From Dudresnaya verticillata (lineage: Eukaryota): a DNA stretch of 64,000 bases. Shown here in pieces: positions 58,749 through 64,000 of the stretch (positions within the stretch are counted from its first letter, which is position 1; each line of letters begins with the position of its first letter). The notes under the pieces were generated by a model, which did no database searches, had not been told where the DNA came from, and was given only the letters and a program-made list of their open reading frames with translations. The position numbers were made by a program, and so were the translations under genes. The stretch spans positions 1,550,001 through 1,614,000 of the forward strand of contig OZ374564.1 in assembly GCA_977862235.1 (NCBI GenBank), in the 5' to 3' direction.

Positions 58749-61700
58749 CTATCGACGTGCGGGAGTTCTGCGACGTCGAGCTGCAGCGGCTGCCGTGCGC
58801 TTTCTATTCCAATAGCGGTGTATGAAGTTTTGCGGCAACTCCTCAGCGGGTTCATACGTATCCTGGTCTGGTGGGTAGCCGTACCAACGCACCTTGTAGG
58901 TCATGCCCGTGGGTTCTTCGCGGTGTCCCACGATCTGCTCGATGACATACTCCGTGTCGGCATCAATTGTATCCGGCACGGGGGCAGAAATACCGCCTGG
59001 AGTTTGGGGCGTTACAGTAATACCACCTGGTGTTTGGGGTACTACTGTGGTGCCTCCCGCCTGCTGTGGCACTGTACCGTCCATGTCGGTGTGTGGCGTA
59101 ACCGGCGGAGCCAATAGCGGCGCCGGTTGCACGGGAACTCCAATTGGTACCTTAGTGATGCGATCGATGCTGATGGGAATCAGGACGCCATCCTTCTTGA
59201 TAGTGACTACAGTATCCGTTGCGGTGTGCACCTCGTAGGGGCCAGTCGATCTTGGGAGGAGCTTCTTCATTTGCTCCGCAAACTCACCGACGTGGTCAGG
59301 GCCTTGGCCTAATCGGTCACGTTCCTTCCGTTCGGTGGGCCGTAAATTGCGCTGCGGGCGATCTACGTAGACTTGGTCGCCACCGCGAACCACCGGTCGG
59401 AAACGCACCTTTCGGTCAAATAGGGCCTTGGACTTCAACTGGGCTGTAGTCTGTTTGGTCTGCGCCTTCTGTAGGGCATAACGCAAACGCCGCATGGTTC
59501 CCCGCTTCTGGAGTACGGGCGTCATACGCCCCTCCGTAACGGTTTCTTCCAACTCCACAGGGGTGCCACGCACAATAATATCCGATGGGTGTCGAGTTAA
59601 TACTAAGTCGAAAGGGGTAGTATCCGTGATCCGGTGTACCTGCATATTGTAGGAATAGGTTAACGGGTGTAGATATAAATCCCAATCGGTGTGGTGATCC
59701 TCGATGTAGTGCCGGAGGCGCTGCGCGATGGTCTTGTTAAACCGCTCGGCTTGCCCGTTGGTTTGCGGGTGATAGGCGGCGGTCAGCAAATGTCGCACTC
59801 CAAGTAGGGCACAGACAGCGTCGAAGAACTTCGCCGTGAACTGTCTTCCATTGTCGGTGAGTACAAATTTAGGTGCGCCATACGCATACACCCAATGGTC
59901 TAAAAATGCGTTCGCCACCACGACGGCTGTAATCGTCCGTAACGGAATGCACCGTGTTAGCTTAGAAAACCGATCGGTGATGACCAATACGAAGACATAT
60001 CCCCGTTTGGTTTTCGGCAGCGGGCCCAATATGTCCGTAGCAACAAACTCCAGTGGTCCACTCGCGGGAAATAGCTTCATGAACTTCTGATGCTTAAACC
60101 GCGTGCCCTTGGTTTTGACACATGAGCGGCAACTCCGAACGGTCTCGAATACATCGTTAGCCATATGTGGCCAGTAGTAGTCTCTCCGTAAGGTGTAGTA
60201 CATCTTAATTCCGCCAGGGTGTCCCGACATTAAGATGTAGTGGGCAAGATACAGGACCCTGCCGCGCATATGTTGCGGTACCACCTTTTGGAGTGCGCCG
60301 TCGAGGGCAGACTTGCGCACTAGAAACCCATGTCGGTCGTAGTCAAATTGCGATCCAGGGGATCCCACCGATTCGGCTTTAAGCTTGCAGAATGTATCTG
60401 ATGCTTGGGCGGCTATGAACTCCTCACGGGTAAGGGTCTCATTGCGCATATCATCTTGTTGGATGACCGTTTGCCGGAGTGGAGTGGGTGGCACTGTATC
60501 CTTTTCAGGCGTAGTATCCGTTTCGGTGTCTCCACTTTCAACGCCTAGGACAAGGCTGTTTGCGGCATCAGGCTGCTGAGTCTGTTTCCAATTGGTTAGT
60601 CGCACACCATGTTGCACTACACCATTAGGAGTCGATTCCATAACGAAGCAAGGCACTTCTTCATCCAGTTCAGCTTTGTCAGCACCACCTGTTCGGAGTC
60701 TTGACATACCGTCTGCGAGTTGGTGCTTGATACCAGGGCGGTATTGTACTTCGAACTCAAATTCCGATAGGCATAGGCGCCATCTTGCTAAGCGTCCAGA
60801 CGCATCGGCTAAGCTCAATATCCAGCGTAATGCGTCGTGATCCGTACGGAGTATAAACTTTTCACCGTAAAGGTAGGGGCGTAGCGTTAGCATACTCCAA
60901 ACGACAGCAAGGCACTCCTTTTCCGTGGTTGTATAGTTCTTTTCCGCATCGGTTAGACTTCGGCTCCAGTAACCCACTGGTAGATTATCTCCACTAGGTT
61001 GCTCCTGGAGAAGGACACACCCAACTTGGTAATCACAAGCGTCGGTATCCAACGTATAATTGAAACCGTGACGGGGTAAAGCCAATATTGGAGGGGAGAT
61101 TAAGTGTCTCTTTAGCTCCTCAAAGGCGTTAAACTTCGTTTCGGTGAGAGTTCCAAACTCGAATACCAGACCCTTGCCGGTTTTCTTATTGAGTGGCGAA
61201 GCAATACGTGCGAAATTAGGAACGAAGCGTCGATAGACGTCACATAACCCTAGAAAAGAGCGCAAATCCGTTTGGTTTGTAGGTGGCTTAGCCTCCTTAA
61301 CGGCGAGAATATTCTTCCGTTCCACTTCCAGTTGGCCCGGGCGCACTATGTGGCCCAGATACTGTACGGAAGTGTCAAAGAAGGCACACTTTGATAACTT
61401 CAGCGTTACACCTGCGGAACGGAGTAGCGTGAGTACCTCCTCAAGGTGTTTGAAATGCTCCGTGACGGTGTTAGAATATACAATCACATCATCCAGGTAG
61501 ACTAAGGCAAATTGCCATTTCACTGTAGATAGGATGATGTCAACCGCCCGTTGGAAAGTAGCCCACGCGTTTTTGAGTCCAAAAGGCATTCTCCGGAAGC
61601 GGTATAATCCATAATGACTGGTGAAGGTAGTTTTGTCACGCTCTTCCTCGGGGATCTCTACTTGCCAGTAGCCGCTATTACAATCCAGAGTGGTGAATAC

Positions 61701-63096
61701 TGTAGCTTCTGCAAGGGAGTCGATACATTCATCCATCCGGGGTAAAGGGTATGAATCCCGAACGGTGACAGCGTTAAGACGCCTGTAATCGACACAAAAC
61801 CGCATGGAGCCGTCCTTTTAGGAACAAAGACCACAGGGCTGGCCCACTCCGAAGCGGATGGCTCGATCACCTTAGCGGACAACATACGATCCACTTCTGC
61901 CTTCTCCAGCTCACGCTGTTTATGTCCTGCCCGATATGGTGCTTGATACACCGGTTTGGCACCAGGCATTAATTCAATACGGTGTTTCGCGGCAGTTATA
62001 TTTCCTAACTCGCCGTTCCACATAGTGCTGAACTCCTCGAGGAGTGTAACCACCTTAGCGCGGAGTTTTTCATCCTTGGCACCAATATGGACGTTATCTT
62101 TCCAATCGGTGTCAGGGGTTGTAGTTGATTCCGATGCGGTGTTTCTATTGAATCCATCTTGGGGTGTAGCCTTGCTGCTTTCATTAGGAGGAGTAGGAAA
62201 GGAATTAATATGTCCTCCCCCCTCCTTAAATGGAGGTACACCGTTAACGGTGAGTATGACAGAGGGAGCAGCAGTAGCGAGGCCCAGGGCGGTAGACTTT
62301 GGTAACCGCACCGGTTTGGGGGAAAAATTAGTCAGCCACACCTTAAAGGGTTTGTTAGGGATGACATCCATAACGCCATTAGCCATAAGGGTGAGGTGCT
62401 TATGGATGGGTTTCGGATGATTTTGAAGAAAAAACAAACCACCGGTAGGAGTGGTGACCAATGCAAGGGATTGGGTCATAGGGGGGATAATAAGGGATTT
62501 TGCTAGTCGGAGCTTTTGCGATACCGAAGCGGGTGACACAGGGGGCTCTGAAGGGTAGAAGCAGCCTCCGTTTTGGAGTTTCTGGTTTGTCCCATCAGCG
62601 AAACCGGAGAGTGGTGATGAAAAACAACTTTCCGTACCGGTGGGAGGATCGCCTTGACATGACGATCAATGAAACTGGTTCCCAGAATACACGGAGCAGC
62701 GAGGTTCGCGACCACCAGGAAGTGGACTCGAGTACGCAATTCTCCGATACGGACAAAAAGTTGAATGACACCAAGAGGGCGTATTGACCTATTGGACGCA
62801 TCCCGTAAAGGTGGACTGGCAGCGGGGCGAATCAATGACAACCAGTGGCGTGGAAGCCGTCTGGCGTTAATGAGATTTGGCCCAGCACCAGAATCCAATA
62901 CGGTGATGAGAGGTAACATGAGGTCATTACTCCTTCCCACGGTAATCTGGATTTTATAATTCTGCCGTTGTAGGACACAGACAGAATCACCGGGTGGTGG
63001 AAATTCAAGGGGGATTTCTGGAACAAAATCAAGGGGGTACTCCGTAATGGTGGCGGACTGACAGTCCGGCAAAGCCCGTATTGGTGGGCGTACCAC
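58749..63096 (-). CDS. pol: Ty3/gypsy pol: protease, RT, RNase H, integrase, chromodomain; frameshifts near 62520 and 61815
   Basis: LDSGAG; RFCVDYRRLN; YLDD; TDACDY..EKECLAV; HPG..CRSC; TDNG..ERFN; EYVIEQIVGH..YKVRWYGY..DTYEP. Confidence 0.95.
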
Positions 63097-63122
63097 GTCG
63101 CATTGAGGAGATGGGGACGCCC

Positions 63123-64000
63123 TTACACGTCTCCTGCGACGTTTTCCGAGTCGGGGTGCGCCATAAGTGCCTCTTCCACCATATCAGCTGGGGGCTCGCC
63201 AACCGCACCACCATCGACAGTCAGCACCCGTGCGGGGCGTTGCTCGGGGCGTTGCTGGTAGTTGCCCGGCGGACGATTTCCCGTATTGGAGTTGGCGAAG
63301 GCCTGCCGCTTGAGGAGTAGCGCCTGATAGTTTCGCTCGCGCGCTTCCATCAGGGGACCCCTTTCGGTGTCGCTCAGATACGGACAAATTACATGGTCCG
63401 GGGAGAGGCACAAGCGACAGTAGCCGCTTCCATAGAGGCGTCGGACATCCGGTGAGGTGTGATCCGTGTGCTCTGCGGCAGGTGATTGTTTTCCAATACG
63501 GTGTTCGCCCTGCCCTTGACGGGGAGGCGTGTTGCCGTGGGGGTGACCAATATGGCTGGGATGCTGCCCGGTGGTTTCCTGACGGTGTGTGGCGGGGCCG
63601 TAGCGGCTATCAGCCGGTCCGTAACGGGGTTGCCGGGGTGGTTGCATCCGTGGCGCTGGTGGGCGAAGGTTGGGAGTCCGAGGCGGAGTAGGGTAGACAC
63701 TACTCGGTGGGGACGAGTACGCTGTAGTAAACGTAACCCCCGACGAGGTGCCGGCGCTTCGACCCGCGCCACCTTCCAGGGCGAGCACGTGCTCCTCCGA
63801 TTCAGCGGGATACTCCGAGTAGGTATAATCCGATGGGGAACCAATCGACAGAACGCCAGAGCGTCGTGACTGACTCTTCGGTTTTCCGTCGAAGACGTGC
63901 ACCGCTGAGGTTTGGCGTCTGGTTGCCCGATGGCATTCTCCAAGCCCTTTAGCGTAGCGGGTGATGGCTTGGTAATCCATGTGGGGGTGTGTTCCCAGAT
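63123..64000 (-). CDS. gag: Gag C-terminal portion (runs off the window)
   Basis: Upstream of the protease. Pro-rich region and CRLCLSPDHVIC zinc-knuckle-like motif. Confidence 0.7.
   Translation of the reverse strand, partial: LGTHPHMDYQAITRYAKGLGECHRATRRQTSAVHVFDGKPKSQSRRSGVLSIGSPSDYTYSEYPAESEEHVLALEGGAGRSAGTSSGVTFTTAYSSPPSSVYPTPPRTPNLRPPAPRMQPPRQPRYGPADSRYGPATHRQETTGQHPSHIGHPHGNTPPRQGQGEHRIGKQSPAAEHTDHTSPDVRRLYGSGYCRLCLSPDHVICPYLSDTERGPLMEARERNYQALLLKRQAFANSNTGNRPPGNYQQRPEQRPARVLTVDGGAVGEPPADMVEEALMAHPDSENVAGDV

Overview
This is eukaryotic, transposon-saturated DNA. A red alga is the likely source; that is an inference from the intron-poor genes, an M-x-F-type plastid presequence and an egghead-like glycosyltransferase. 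Almost the whole window resolves into nested mobile elements, many with readable termini and target-site duplications (TSDs). (1) Five solo LTRs have 5-bp TSDs. (2) A hAT element (9861-14726, 8-bp TSD) sits inside a MITE-like insert inside a solo LTR. (3) A 13.1-kb CACTA/EnSpm element (15803-28890, CCC termini, 3-bp TSD) carries a pogo-like transposase and an apparently intact host DUF2358 gene. (4) An ~18-kb element (29189-47227) is bounded by ~600-bp imperfect inverted repeats. It holds an intact 1160-aa Sola-like DDE transposase, a frameshifted ParB-like/beta-class DNA amino-methyltransferase fusion, a Harbinger remnant and captured host-gene fragments. (5) A CRE-clade non-LTR retrotransposon is present. 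(6) A chromodomain Ty3/gypsy element has a large antisense accessory ORF, and a distant homologue of that ORF is the only coding remnant of a second, deleted LTR element. The best candidates for new biology are the transposase + ParB-methyltransferase element, whose two proteins appear to share an accessory domain, and the LTR antisense protein family. All protein family calls come from motifs recognised by eye, not from database searches.
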